Shown: in pieces, positions 52,701-63,251 of the stretch
Position numbering within the stretch: the first letter of the stretch is position 1
Layout of the letters: each line of letters opens with the position of its first letter
From: Trypanosoma brucei
Taxonomy: Eukaryota
Direction of reading: 5' to 3'
Length of the DNA stretch: 64,000 nt
Assembly (NCBI GenBank): GCA_000002445.1
Contig: CP000069.1
Location: 768,001-832,000, forward strand
Made by a program: the position numbers and the translations under genes
Notes under the pieces: model-generated
The model's database searches: none
Told to the model about the DNA's origin: nothing
The model's input: the letters and a program-made list of their open reading frames with translations, nothing else

Positions 52701-55067
52701 GCTACGAGTACGTTCAGTCCCATTGTACCTGTTGTAGCACGGTTTTTGCGTTACACCCTTCGCGGGTCGGGCAGAAATGCTCTAGCGGTGTTCCCGCTCT
52801 TAGTTTTTGGTGAGCCCTTGTGCGACATTCCTCCGCTGGAGCGGAAGACAATTGTTGGTCGGAGTTGTTTGAAGCAGTGTTCGCTCCTCCGGGAGTTATC
52901 CACAGCAAAACTACACACAGATTCGAATGAGTCATCTCTGTTTCAGATGCCATTAGATGGTGCGGCTGAGAATTGTTCCTTTAGGAGTGAGGAAAGTATT
53001 AACGGCAAAACCAACATTGATGAAACTACTAATACAGTAGTCACTCCCATCAAGGGGAATAAGTCATCTACCGCCTCGCACCATGACATCTTGATAACGG
53101 AACAGACCCTTCGAGAGTTGTATGTACGTAAACTTCGCAGTGCTTGTCCGCGAGGAGTTTTCGCACTGAACCTCCCGCTTTTATTTCACATGGAGTCGAA
53201 GCGCCTTCAGTGTAAACAAAAGCGTTTCTTCCGCGATTTTTGCTTTCAAAAGCTGGGACTACCGCTATGGGTAATGAAACCCTCCTCTCAAATATTTCCA
53301 CACTCTTCCGTGTGCCCGTCCCGTGTTCCCGAGTCATTTGAAGATCTTTCCCGTGTGCATTTGCTGCAGCAATCTGGAACGTGCCAACCACCGCGAAACG
53401 ACCGACCCATAAGGGGGGCCAATGCGACACAAAGGAAGAATGTAACTTGTGCAGGTTGTGACCAGCGTTTTCTGTTCGGGTTTGGTTTGGAAGTGTGCGA
53501 CCGATGCAAGCGGCATATATGCGGTGAATGTCGTTCAAAGGAACCTGTGCGCCTGTTAGATGTTGGTATTTCTTCCACTATATCCTCAGTATGTCGCAGA
53601 TGTTTGGACCGTGTGGACAAATTAGAGAATGCTCTTGTTGCTTACAACGTGACTACGAAAGAGTGTGAGGAGGTGGACAGTGACACTGAACGGGGTGCTG
53701 CTTTCGAGTTTTACATCCCTGTTACGCCACCGTCTCCAGCTGAGTTCCCAATTCCGTACAGCAATTACAGTTTTTACGCCTTACGTGGTTCAACCTACCA
53801 GTTGACGGCGCTGCCCTTCACTCGCGTCGTCAGCGCACCTATTACGGAGGACAAATCCGCGTCTCTTTTTGAGGAAGTGCTTAGTTTCCCTGCAGATGTA
53901 AGTGACTCTCTCGGGGGATGGCGTTGCGTTTCCAACGATATGCCAGGAGAAACACAAAAATATGTAAATGAAAATGTTGTTATTCTACTTCCATATCGAT
54001 GCGTTGTTTCACACGGCCTTCTATACTATACACTGGCGGGGGAAATACGGGGGAGCATTGACTTACAAATGCACGTGGGGGAAACAGTTCAAACAGTGTC
54101 TCTTCCAGACGCTGCTAAGTCTAGCGAAGGAACTGCGTGTGCACGTATATCAGACTGTATGAGCGGCGAGATTGGCGTAGCGGAACTACGATTTAGGCAC
54201 GCAGCATCCGACGTGGAAAGTGCCTCTGATGGTTCAAGTTATTCACTAACGGTGCGAAATCCCGTAGGTATACTCGTTTCTCTTTTTTTTGCTGGATCAT
54301 CTTCTGACCTTGCGCTACTGCATGTGAAACATTTCTCTGTTTGGGGTTGCTTCGACTCATGTACGCGGAATGTGCGTTCTCTTTTCTACAATTGTCCACC
54401 TGATGTATGTCGTTACGAAAGTCTTAAGCTCACGAGTTTGAAGGGTGTTTGTGCCCCACCAGCCGCCGCATGTCTTCCTTTAACAATCCCCGAAAAGCAT
54501 CTTATCAAACCTGGGAACATTATTCATCGTCTACACACAGATCACCTACTGGTGGAGTATGTTTTTAGCAACCCTGTAAGTGTGTGTGGTTTTACGGTTG
54601 AGGGACAACACCCGGCGTCGGTAAGTATCTCGCGTGGTGCTCTGCCCACCGCCTTACGTCTTATTGGTGTATTGGAGAATGGTTTTCGTGGTAATATAGG
54701 ATACTTTTCGTTGCCGTGGCCACCACTGGCTCAGCGTGTGGGGAGGTGCGCTGAGCGGGAAGTGTTTGGTTATTCATATGCTCTTTCATCTACGGTCCAC
54801 GGTCTCGTTTCACTTCTCGTTGAGGTGGCAGAGTGGCGTCTGGCTAAGGGTCGAGTTAGGCAAGAAGCGGGAAGGGGAGTGTTTTGCAACTTGAGTCCAT
54901 TCTATGATGAATGTGAGAGCACTAACAAGGAGGCTGAGATGTCTCCACAACAACCGGAGATGCATTTGGGGAAAATGGTATTTTGGACGAGCTTGAACCC
55001 TGAGGCACGGCACGCAGTGAGCAGTAATGCGTATAACTCTATTTTCTCGCGTGCTATCGGGTTGTAA
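49710..55067 (+). CDS. Large hypothetical protein of about 1785 aa with a C-terminal C4-C4 zinc-binding module (FYVE/RING-like)
   Basis: The ORF opens at 49494, but its first 72 codons translate a (TA)n microsatellite and a polypyrimidine tract. The start was therefore placed at the ATG at 49710 (MAGRLFTAV). The C-terminal region has a Cys cluster, CAGCDQRFLFGFGLEVCDRCKRHICGECRS...SSVCRRCLDRVD. It lacks the R(R/K)HHCR motif of true FYVE domains. Confidence 0.7.
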   Translation: MAGRLFTAVPRHTADPTNSDWLQACYFVVLEHPLVCIDATLRGRITPLTEQFLRSAEGVSEPSDDATNLKEEHVNGTGGSSVKEMRFVVITVDNVSGQLLHTGVPGKDLFMSMREAVSAIPALCPSTPEQYEVFTILEFVAFAGACLTEDRLYMLFVETGRLLTDDKSCIVTDSGSKPQRVLPVISVERARWYTVPLRVAVPALQQPLGGEDLQSWVLGPSGGLRDDSAMAMSSSFRQSYLFFTPGIDVSHCSIFEEATRVCGACSDEENGDVGNSSPNVCPGGLDGSTDSSALAARVMSFLPLPPPSTGREALGRCDCLWNEELIAFCDIFGLADCCCRLALGSFNASTLVVPQTAPHVALLLVRLSRLALPGCFNDCSGKSAKTAFQMREYTSAHEAEFQLLLLPDMKLHDSKVDDNLVNSLPSLIWRRGGDFAGHEDIIQQKQRIDFCTARGMDPLPIGEDYVAAIFSSYQQRYGMGTKIALMHAGCWALIGSAPPHNTTKGGAAVNTSVNGSRESSKRRTDSQRGLTPASCYSVYASETHHCDAITNELQGRLQSLASHIKSHSLRPAVFVGAINSWATCLHCVPEKGSAVDALWSRECIRSYNGISCGGTTAGSSGVPGPIIPRICVSNSGEVSAAASAVVSLILVTVWLFNQFFESQPNAKLLQRHKLLTRKIMDLVVNSAAGLKQVGDSCGHEEMITLLRECLFQVVGAVPVSCTLTIWETARNMVFLYRANGDRSSPSDFTSTKKGIFRPSVVSRRVILNNPFHSFIMNLFPPAGGFYQREFARHRTRLLTHVAGQSYIIGAQFMFHTAESDTSSRVVSEANADWGGNERTTFASRQRYLSNPPLSDDDEATSSYSTNTGGVPTPTLRMLQGLVHPLSQPLLVPLRIAAVELTIALPTVSYITHVAIRVADALQREPFAGALTLSLHSSCYVGQEHERLVLDDVPLPLCRGSNASAHAGPHLIFYELPRPSCESVPFSVLNEARVVADGATSTFSPIVPVVARFLRYTLRGSGRNALAVFPLLVFGEPLCDIPPLERKTIVGRSCLKQCSLLRELSTAKLHTDSNESSLFQMPLDGAAENCSFRSEESINGKTNIDETTNTVVTPIKGNKSSTASHHDILITEQTLRELYVRKLRSACPRGVFALNLPLLFHMESKRLQCKQKRFFRDFCFQKLGLPLWVMKPSSQIFPHSSVCPSRVPESFEDLSRVHLLQQSGTCQPPRNDRPIRGANATQRKNVTCAGCDQRFLFGFGLEVCDRCKRHICGECRSKEPVRLLDVGISSTISSVCRRCLDRVDKLENALVAYNVTTKECEEVDSDTERGAAFEFYIPVTPPSPAEFPIPYSNYSFYALRGSTYQLTALPFTRVVSAPITEDKSASLFEEVLSFPADVSDSLGGWRCVSNDMPGETQKYVNENVVILLPYRCVVSHGLLYYTLAGEIRGSIDLQMHVGETVQTVSLPDAAKSSEGTACARISDCMSGEIGVAELRFRHAASDVESASDGSSYSLTVRNPVGILVSLFFAGSSSDLALLHVKHFSVWGCFDSCTRNVRSLFYNCPPDVCRYESLKLTSLKGVCAPPAAACLPLTIPEKHLIKPGNIIHRLHTDHLLVEYVFSNPVSVCGFTVEGQHPASVSISRGALPTALRLIGVLENGFRGNIGYFSLPWPPLAQRVGRCAEREVFGYSYALSSTVHGLVSLLVEVAEWRLAKGRVRQEAGRGVFCNLSPFYDECESTNKEAEMSPQQPEMHLGKMVFWTSLNPEARHAVSSNAYNSIFSRAIGL

Positions 55068-55607
55068 GCTCGGTTCCCTTATTTCTGTGTATTTATTTGC
55101 TGTTTTTTCATTTACAGGGAACCGATTTAGCGTTTCTATTGCGATTTCGTTGTAGTTACTCAGTTGTTGGCTTCTTTCTTTTTATATATATTCATGGTGG
55201 TATACGGAGTAACTAGTCGTCTCCAACCACTTAGCAACTCTAACCATCACCTTTTCAGTATTCGGTGACACTTCTATTGTTGTGAATACTGTGAACGGTG
55301 GAACAGGGGGTTAACACTTTTCTTCGTTCTCCTCAGTTATTTGTTCAGTTGTATTTCCCGTATACTGCTTTATTTCGATTTTATATTGTTGTCCCTGATT
55401 GTGTCGCCACGCTTTTTTTTTCTATTGGAAAACAAATAACCTATTATCATTATTATTTTTACCCCCCTATATTGTACGTGTCTAAGAAGAACATTTTATA
55501 ATAAATAGACTAAAAAAGGAGTATTGAACCAGAGTATTATACAAGCCTTCTATTATTACACACATTTCGTGCGAAGGGGGGAGAGAAGTGAAAAACAAGG
55601 ACACATA

Positions 55608-56510
55608 ATGTCAGAGAAGACGGTTTTATCGATTCAATCATTTGTTACGCATGGCTACGTCGGGAATAAGGCTGCTACGTTTCCTCTGCAGCTGCATGGT
55701 TTCGATGTGGACGGTATTAACACCGTTTGTCTCTCAAACCACAGTGGGTACCCAGTTATTAGGGGCCACAGAATGAGCTTACAGGAATACGACGAACTAA
55801 TGGAAGGCGTCCGAGCGAATAACTTCCTCAGCAACTATCGCTACATTCTGACCGGATATATAAATAATGTTGACATTATTGGGAGAATACGCGACACATT
55901 AAAGGAAGTGCGGGAGCTCCGAGAAAAGGAAGACAAGAAGTTAACCTTCATTTGTGACCCCGTCATGGGCGATGATGGTATCATGTACTGCAAGAAAGAA
56001 GTATTGGATGCGTATCGGGAGCTGGTCCCTTTGGCGGATATCGTCACACCAAATTACTTCGAGGCTTCGTTGTTGAGTGGCGTCACCGTCAATGATCTCA
56101 GTAGTGCTATACTGGCTGCTGACTGGTTCCACAACTGTGGTGTTGCTCATGTTATCATCAAGTCGTTTCGTGAGCAGGAAAATCCAACTCACCTGCGGTT
56201 TCTGTACTCCGTGAAGGAGGGATCAGAAGCTGCGGTGCGGCGATTTTCAGGAGTGGTACCATATCATGAAGGTCGCTACACCGGAACGGGCGACGTTTTT
56301 GCCGCGTGCCTTCTTGCCTTCTCTCATTCTCATCCAATGGATGTGGCGATTGGCAAATCGATGGCTGTATTGCAGGAACTCATCATCGCAACCCGAAAGG
56401 AGGGAGGTGACGGTAAAAGTTCATTGAAAAGTAGGGAACTGCGTGTCGTTGCATCACCGCAAGTGGTGCTACAACCAAGCACAGTTGTTGACGTTAAACC
56501 AATTTCATGA
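55608..56510 (+). CDS. Pyridoxal kinase
   Basis: The first ATG in the ORF is at 55608; the track start at 55524 is non-ATG. The N-terminus LSIQSFVTHGYVGNKAATFPLQLHGFDVDGINTVCLSNHSGYP matches the PdxK N-terminal signature (SIQSHVVRGYVGN..A.FPLQ.LG.EV..INSVQFSNHTGY). The ribokinase-like fold includes a GTGD motif (YTGTGDVFAACLLAF). Confidence 0.9.
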   Translation: MSEKTVLSIQSFVTHGYVGNKAATFPLQLHGFDVDGINTVCLSNHSGYPVIRGHRMSLQEYDELMEGVRANNFLSNYRYILTGYINNVDIIGRIRDTLKEVRELREKEDKKLTFICDPVMGDDGIMYCKKEVLDAYRELVPLADIVTPNYFEASLLSGVTVNDLSSAILAADWFHNCGVAHVIIKSFREQENPTHLRFLYSVKEGSEAAVRRFSGVVPYHEGRYTGTGDVFAACLLAFSHSHPMDVAIGKSMAVLQELIIATRKEGGDGKSSLKSRELRVVASPQVVLQPSTVVDVKPIS

Positions 56511-57104
56511 GAATTAAATGCAGTCTGTCAAGTCCACCCTTTTTTCTCTCTGTTCTCTAAAGATAAATAATTCAGTTTTACGAGTTTGTCATGCTACGTG
56601 TTCTTCAGGTGTATTACGATATTGTGTTTGATTTAAGAGAAGGATTTACTTTTATCAATATATGGTAGGGTAAATCGCATACAAAACGAAGAAAAAGAAG
56701 AGGAATTCAGGTGCAAATGTGGACGCTTTTCTTTCTTGTTTTTGTGTTTTAAACGCTATCCAATAAGGTTTTCTTCGGTATTATTACTTTTCCTTGATTT
56801 TTGTTATCTTTATTACTAACACTTTTATTTTTCTTTTTGATCGTTGGTGAATGACTGGTAACATGAAATATTTGCTAACCTCTATTTGAAGCGTTTGTTT
56901 GTTTTCGTTTTGGTGCTGTTCAAATGCAATTGTTCTTTTTCTCACCACATATTTTTAAAGTTTTTCATTTCCCTCTCGGTCTTTCATTAGGAACTGGATA
57001 TTCAGATCTGGATTTGTCAACTGCATGGACTGTTAAGTGAAGCTGCCACCTCCCCCTCCCTGCTTGAAATTATTGCAGTGCGAAAAAAGAAAAGGAGGGT
57101 GAAA

Positions 57105-57839
57105 ATGGGCGAGACTTTAGGCAGCAGTTGTGTTGTTACAGACGGTTCCAAAGAACCATGCACTATTGTGTTTCACGATGTGGAAAAGACTGAAATCAGA
57201 AGCGGTTACGCCGCCGTTACTGATGTCTTGTGTGATGTCGATTACTTTCCGTACCCTCCGCAAACACATGAACAGCTGGAGAAGGCACATCTGTACGTAT
57301 TGGCGTGTTGTATATCCTCCTCGGAACCAACATTTCCACTTGATTCACATCTAGGAGAGGAGGAGGTAATGAAAAAAGATGTGGGTACTGTTTTGGTTGG
57401 TGCCGTTGGTGTGGTGTGGGTTCCCTTCTCATCAGGTGCAATGGTTGAGGGATATATACATGTAGTTTGGGTAAGGCCGGACTATCGAAGGCACCGTGTT
57501 GCTTACCGGCTACTGGAACGCACTTTAGCCATGACACAAGTCGGAAATCCACCCAATAAGATTTTACGTTGGCGCTTACACACAATGTGCACATCCTTGA
57601 ACACACGCGAGTATCTTAGTAGGTTTCTACATGAAAGGAAATCTAGTTCCGCAACGGCAAGCGATGATGATGACGTTCATCTACTACTAAAAGAAACAGA
57701 AACACTGATTACGGCTGTACCACGCATGTACGAGCGGCTAGGTTTCTGTGTGAGACGGAATGTCTTTAAGTACTACGATGGAAAGGCTGACGGTGTGGAA
57801 ATGATAAAGGTTGTCCCCGGTGCAGGGAAACGACGTTGA
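57105..57839 (+). CDS. GNAT-family N-acetyltransferase-like protein
   Basis: The track start at 57078 is a GTG; the first ATG is at 57105, giving about 244 aa. The motif A-like segment is GYIHVVWVRPDYRRHRVAYRLLERTLAM (the Q/R-x-x-G-x-A pattern). Assignment is moderate. Confidence 0.5.
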   Translation: MGETLGSSCVVTDGSKEPCTIVFHDVEKTEIRSGYAAVTDVLCDVDYFPYPPQTHEQLEKAHLYVLACCISSSEPTFPLDSHLGEEEVMKKDVGTVLVGAVGVVWVPFSSGAMVEGYIHVVWVRPDYRRHRVAYRLLERTLAMTQVGNPPNKILRWRLHTMCTSLNTREYLSRFLHERKSSSATASDDDDVHLLLKETETLITAVPRMYERLGFCVRRNVFKYYDGKADGVEMIKVVPGAGKRR

Positions 57840-58199
57840 TGCGGAAATGAAGAAATAAATGCGGCAGTGGAACCGTGCGTTTCGGTTAGATTGGAGTGGT
57901 GCTAGCTGCGTTTTCACTCATCGGCGCTCATTATTATTATTGTATTTTTAATTTGAACGGATGCACTCTTCCTGTACTCTTTATTTGTGCGCATCAGCAT
58001 AATCTGTCGATGGGTCTGATATTCGGTTTATTTTTTTTTAAAATGTAAAATAATGTTGTAAGCGGGAATGTTTTGCTATATTGATGTCCGAAGTTGTGTA
58101 ACTACCAATATTCGAATGATAATTACTACCTTTTCCCCGCCTTTCTTTTAATCTTTGTTTCTTTTCGAACAGTCATATATTATATTACCTTCTTCTATA

Positions 58200-61100
58200 A
58201 TGCCCGCTCCACTGGCGACATTTACCAAAACCAAATGGTTGACGTTCTTTGCTGAGCTTACCGCAAAGATTACGCACCACAACTTACTTGTTGTACTAGA
58301 GGGATGTGAATTAGTAAAACGGCTTCTTGTTTCCCGCGTCTCTGTTGCGGCATTCCTTGAGGAGGGAAACTTCTTGTTGTTATTGGTTGACTCACTGGTT
58401 GGTAATATGCTTAATAATGAACCTTTCGAAGTGAATGTTCCGATAGGGACAAATGAAAAGCTAATATTCACTCAACTTGAAACACTGTCCCTATTTGTCG
58501 ATATGATGGTTGCACTCCACGCAGACAGTGACCCTTATTACTGCCTTCTAGTGCAGGCGCGCGCGGGTGTTCTGTTGGGAACTCTCGTTAGTCTTCTTCG
58601 GCGACAACAATCTAATTTCTTTGGCATCATTGCGATAATGGTGAAGGCACTACTTGACATACCTTTGGGACGAGCGGTGACGCAGTCACAAACATGTGGG
58701 GCTCCTTCCGTTGCGCTTGCGTGTCATCTACAACAACTACAGACATCAATCGAGGGGCACATGGAAATTCTTCAAGAGTCTTCGGAAATTCTGAAGGGGC
58801 TTAGTACGACCCCGAATCTCGTTATGCGTCACTGTGCTCAGCTTCTGTTTAACCTGGTATCCAAACAACTTAAGCGCATACGACGAATAGAAGGGGGAAA
58901 AGTTTTTGCTGAAGGCAATACAGGAACAGATGGTGATAGCCGCTTGGGATGTGGTGCACATGTTCGTGATGAAACGGTTGTGGAAAGTCCTTTCACGGGT
59001 CACTGTGCGCAAACCACTGCCAATTACGGCTCAGCGTTCGACCCTAGCGGATCTGCTCCTTCTCCCGGTATTTCTGCAGATGGCACCAAACTGTCAATTA
59101 GCAGAGAAGATACTGAAGAAACAATTGTCACTGAGGAAGCCGACGTTTGTGTACCATCTGAGGAGTATACTGAATGCTTTGAGCAACTAGCGAGAAGCCG
59201 TTCACATGGCGAATATTTGTGTGGGATGAATTCCTTGTGGTGCCTGACTGTTGTTGGGGGGACTGAGCTGCAGCGTCACTTCACAACTGCATGCTTTGAG
59301 AAAGCTTTCAGGCGTTTCCTTCAAACAATGCCAGCAAACAACCAGGACCACATTGTATTTTCATCTATTTTGCTCTGGCTGTCGCACATGATGTCAAATC
59401 ACCACATTTGTGACGAAACGCGTGAGTGCATCTTTTCCCTTGCCTGCCCGGCGCTCATCGAACTTGTGCTAGAGGATATTCGTTCCGACGAACCACCAGG
59501 AGAACGAGAAGATAACAGTACTGTGACCAATTCATTTCCTCACACATCAACAGACAACATAGATGTTTCATCCTTTTTATCTGCGGGATCATTTATGCGG
59601 TATTCGTCAATCCACTCGGCACCGTCTACTGTTAGGGCATCCTGCACCAAACTAGCAGAGCGCCCATCCGCGTCATTTCTTATTCTATCATTTCTTCTTA
59701 TCACTGAACGCAGTTGTGGCCAGCGGGTTTTGGAGCGTTGGGTGCGTCATGTTGGGTTGTTTGCTATGATTGAAAAACTTATTCGACGAGTGGCGCATGT
59801 AAAGTCGGTACTCGTTGACACCCCTACAACAACGGATGGTGTTCTATCTGATGAAGTTTACCTTTCTTGTGCTATGAACACATCGCGAACAGAACACGTT
59901 GCATTAGGTGCACTTGCTTGCAAACTATTATCGTCGATTGCATGGAATCATGGACCCGTTATAGGTAAACAACTTGCTTCGGAGACTTCCCGTATGCTGC
60001 AGACAATTATACCGCTGCTTCTGCAAATTGCCGTACACAATCCGACACTGACATCTGCTGTGGAGAACGTTTCAGGATCTGCTTTACACTACCTGCCTAC
60101 CAGCCAACGCTCAGCCCGCTATACTTCTCTTGGTGAATGCAGTCTCGTTGCACTGGATGCTTGTTTCTGGGTTATGGAAACTGCACAGCTGAGTGCAGTG
60201 TCGTTAGAAAGTGTTATTCCCAATCTACAGGCCCTCTCTAGGGCAACTGGCAATAGTATTCATCCAGCACTTCGTGCCGCTCCATACCGAGCCGTAGCCC
60301 GACTGTGCCAATCAACGGACGATGTATTGCTGGTGGCGAGTGAAATGCCTTCACTTCTCAAAGCTGCTGTGAATAGTGTTCTGGAATATAGTGTAAAGGT
60401 GCCGCAGTGGGAAGCGGCCGCAGCGGCCGAAGGACTTATACATATTGTTAACAAAACCTCCAGCGATATTAATGTCGAGAAGAAGTTCAGTTTTAGTCGG
60501 TCCGCGCTCCCCGTAAAGCTATTGGAACTTGCGGCTTTAAATGGCATAACGTACGCGACGGGAACCTTTCTTTCTCTGATGGTCGTGTTGTTTGCGCAAC
60601 AGAAACGTTTGGCTGAGCATGCTGATGAGGAACCACTAAGCTGCGTTCTTCTCCCGTGTGGGAGGGCGTCGCTAGAGTACTGGTCGAAGCTTATTAATAT
60701 AGCAACATGGAGCGGTGAGAGGCTGTTGGTTGCACACAAGAAGGTTATTCCTGCTTCGCCGGTAACAAAGGATGCACAATCGCGTGCTCTAGGTAGCATT
60801 GAGGGAATAGCTGTTCAGTTTTACTTTGTATCAGCGCTATCGCGCGCACTACAGTTTCTTCTCGGTGCATATCCCGAATACAGGAGCCATTTTTCAGAGG
60901 ACGTTGTGTGGCTTTTTTTTACCAGCACCTTTGCTCTCCCGTCGCCGAGAGAGGTGTTTCAAATGCTATTTGTGCGATTCGGTGTTAAAGTGAGCCATCA
61001 CAACTCTATCGAGCGTGCGTACGAGTGTATGCTGCAGTGGACGATTGAACTCTTTTTGTTTTGGGTTGGGGACGTAGGAATCGGTGTCGGCACCAACAGC

Positions 61101-62705
61101 AAAAGAAAGTCACAAAAACTTGCTTCACTACCATCGAAGCTCTTTGACTCTCTATGTGGCATTATGCAAAACGCCAAGGTATCCCAACAAACACGTGCTA
61201 ACGTGTGTGGTCTTGTATCCGCCATCATAATCCGTACGGGCAGTGGAGATGCGGCCTCCACAACTGGTTCTTCGTCAGCATGCGCGTCGTTAGCAATATT
61301 AAGGGAGACTCTCTACAAAACCCTGGATGCTTTCAGTGCCAAACTGTTTAGTGCCTCAATTAACCTTGGAACTTCCTCCTGCGTCAGTGGCATGCAGTGC
61401 CGTTTGGTCAGCCTCTTTGCAGGAGCCAACGAGCGGGCTCGGCAATGTGGGTGGTTCGAGGAAAGGTTGGCGGAGCTCAACAAGAGAATGAGGGAGCTCA
61501 AGGAGAAGCACGGTGTACTCAGCGCTCATGAACTCGACTCACTGCTGGTTTTGTTTTCGTCTGTTTTTAGTGTTATCGCCTATCCAAAATGCCCGGCATT
61601 ATCCCAGAAGTTACAGCAACAACTGTGTTTGTCGCTACATGGTGCGGTGGGGTACGGAACTACGCGGCGCGCTGCTTTTCAAACGGCACTGGCTCTCACT
61701 CGAAGCGAAGAAGGCCGACGCTTTCTTCTACAGGAAGTAACGGCCTGTGGGGATCCCCTTGTGCGTACCTGCTTTGGTCGTCTTTTGATGGTTACACTGG
61801 ATCTCGCGGATGACATCGAGCCATCATACAGGAGGAAGCACTATGGTAGCAAAAACAAAGCACAGAATGCCACTATCATTGAGAGAGAAGCTAATAGAAC
61901 ACTGGTCAAAACACTAGGTTTCGAGGTATGCGCAACTGCCTGTGCTGAAGGTTGTGAGGCTTTCACAAATGGAGTTTTAAAATCAAAGGGGGTCGAGCGT
62001 GTGGAAGGCCTTTTCTTGAAGTGTGAACAGGAGCGCATAGAAGTTCCTCTGAGCGTTCACCGTCTTATTGCGGCTATATCCTTTCACGCGGATGCTCAGT
62101 TAGCCATTATCCGAAGGAAAGAATTGATGACACTGCTCGTAGAATGGGCTGGTGAACTTAGCGTGGCGGGAACCCTTGCGTTATTGACGCTCCGTAACTT
62201 ATGCTTCAATCCGTCGTTGAAGGCACAACTATGCCAAAACGATCGCATTCTTCAACTTTTCAAGCAGTTCGTCTGTATGCCAGTAGCTCCACAGCCTCTT
62301 CAAGCACTGCAACCGGACAATAACAGTAGTGAGTTTGATGCCCATCACACGGATATTGCTTCGCGGAGTCAGCAAAACTCTGGCACTGGAGGAACACGAT
62401 TAGAACGGCACAAAAAGGGAGGGATCGTCTCAACGACAACAGCAACGGCGTCTTGTCAGGCAGATAATTTGTCTATCTTGAGGTGTAAAGAACTGGCAGT
62501 AACAGGTTATTGGGCTCTCATGTATGACAATCAGCGAGGTAAGTCTCATGTGCGCAACGTTCTTAGCCAAGCTCCTGCAGTAAAAATCAACAGCGTCGTG
62601 GCGGCGCTGGACCAGTTATGTGTGGAGCCGAGCGAGCGTGCCTGTGTTGAACATGTTATGGAGGCCGTTGGTAACATGAAGGCGTTAGGAAGGAGTGTAT
62701 CATAG
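58200..62705 (+). CDS. Large hypothetical alpha-helical repeat (ARM/HEAT-like) protein of about 1501 aa
   Basis: The track start at 58155 is a TTG; the first ATG is at 58200 (MPAPLATF). It is Leu/Ala-rich with a helical-repeat character throughout. No catalytic motif recognised. Confidence 0.7.
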   Translation: MPAPLATFTKTKWLTFFAELTAKITHHNLLVVLEGCELVKRLLVSRVSVAAFLEEGNFLLLLVDSLVGNMLNNEPFEVNVPIGTNEKLIFTQLETLSLFVDMMVALHADSDPYYCLLVQARAGVLLGTLVSLLRRQQSNFFGIIAIMVKALLDIPLGRAVTQSQTCGAPSVALACHLQQLQTSIEGHMEILQESSEILKGLSTTPNLVMRHCAQLLFNLVSKQLKRIRRIEGGKVFAEGNTGTDGDSRLGCGAHVRDETVVESPFTGHCAQTTANYGSAFDPSGSAPSPGISADGTKLSISREDTEETIVTEEADVCVPSEEYTECFEQLARSRSHGEYLCGMNSLWCLTVVGGTELQRHFTTACFEKAFRRFLQTMPANNQDHIVFSSILLWLSHMMSNHHICDETRECIFSLACPALIELVLEDIRSDEPPGEREDNSTVTNSFPHTSTDNIDVSSFLSAGSFMRYSSIHSAPSTVRASCTKLAERPSASFLILSFLLITERSCGQRVLERWVRHVGLFAMIEKLIRRVAHVKSVLVDTPTTTDGVLSDEVYLSCAMNTSRTEHVALGALACKLLSSIAWNHGPVIGKQLASETSRMLQTIIPLLLQIAVHNPTLTSAVENVSGSALHYLPTSQRSARYTSLGECSLVALDACFWVMETAQLSAVSLESVIPNLQALSRATGNSIHPALRAAPYRAVARLCQSTDDVLLVASEMPSLLKAAVNSVLEYSVKVPQWEAAAAAEGLIHIVNKTSSDINVEKKFSFSRSALPVKLLELAALNGITYATGTFLSLMVVLFAQQKRLAEHADEEPLSCVLLPCGRASLEYWSKLINIATWSGERLLVAHKKVIPASPVTKDAQSRALGSIEGIAVQFYFVSALSRALQFLLGAYPEYRSHFSEDVVWLFFTSTFALPSPREVFQMLFVRFGVKVSHHNSIERAYECMLQWTIELFLFWVGDVGIGVGTNSKRKSQKLASLPSKLFDSLCGIMQNAKVSQQTRANVCGLVSAIIIRTGSGDAASTTGSSSACASLAILRETLYKTLDAFSAKLFSASINLGTSSCVSGMQCRLVSLFAGANERARQCGWFEERLAELNKRMRELKEKHGVLSAHELDSLLVLFSSVFSVIAYPKCPALSQKLQQQLCLSLHGAVGYGTTRRAAFQTALALTRSEEGRRFLLQEVTACGDPLVRTCFGRLLMVTLDLADDIEPSYRRKHYGSKNKAQNATIIEREANRTLVKTLGFEVCATACAEGCEAFTNGVLKSKGVERVEGLFLKCEQERIEVPLSVHRLIAAISFHADAQLAIIRRKELMTLLVEWAGELSVAGTLALLTLRNLCFNPSLKAQLCQNDRILQLFKQFVCMPVAPQPLQALQPDNNSSEFDAHHTDIASRSQQNSGTGGTRLERHKKGGIVSTTTATASCQADNLSILRCKELAVTGYWALMYDNQRGKSHVRNVLSQAPAVKINSVVAALDQLCVEPSERACVEHVMEAVGNMKALGRSVS

Positions 62706-63251
62706 AAGCAAGTGTCGATGTCACCATGAGCGCATGTTCAAAATGGAGAAACACTCATTTAAGTTGGCACATCTGAAGATGTAATAAAGAACCTGAATGA
62801 AAATGAAATTTCATAGATGAAAAGATGAAATACGATATATATGTGACCATAGAATATGATTGTGTACATTAAAAAAAAAAATTAACCCCTCTCAAAACAC
62901 AAAAAAAAAACATAGAGATCCTGGGATAACTACGTGTGCTTTTCCCTTTGTCGTTTCACAGTGGTTTCCTCAAACTTTTTACCATCGTCCATACAAGTTG
63001 TCGCGTTCGGTGTCGTTTGTATTTATTGATGTATTTTTGCTCAACATTTTCGTTCCGGTGGTTCTTTGTGATGGGCTTGTGTGATGCTTCGCTAGTTTTG
63101 TTCACTTGTGCGATGGTGGACAGGGGTGGTGGAAAAGTTGCAATATTGTGTACCGGAACGCCTTCCCACTTTTTATGCAGGTTTGCGTTTGCTACTTCCT
63201 AGTTTTCTTTTTGTCGCCCCCTTTTTTCCCCCCTTTACCACAATTTAGTCA

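Noticed and set aside
53440-53620. Calling the C-terminal Cys cluster of the 49710 protein a FYVE domain
   Set aside because: The diagnostic WxxD and R(R/K)HHCR motifs are absent. It is reported only as a generic C4-C4 zinc module.
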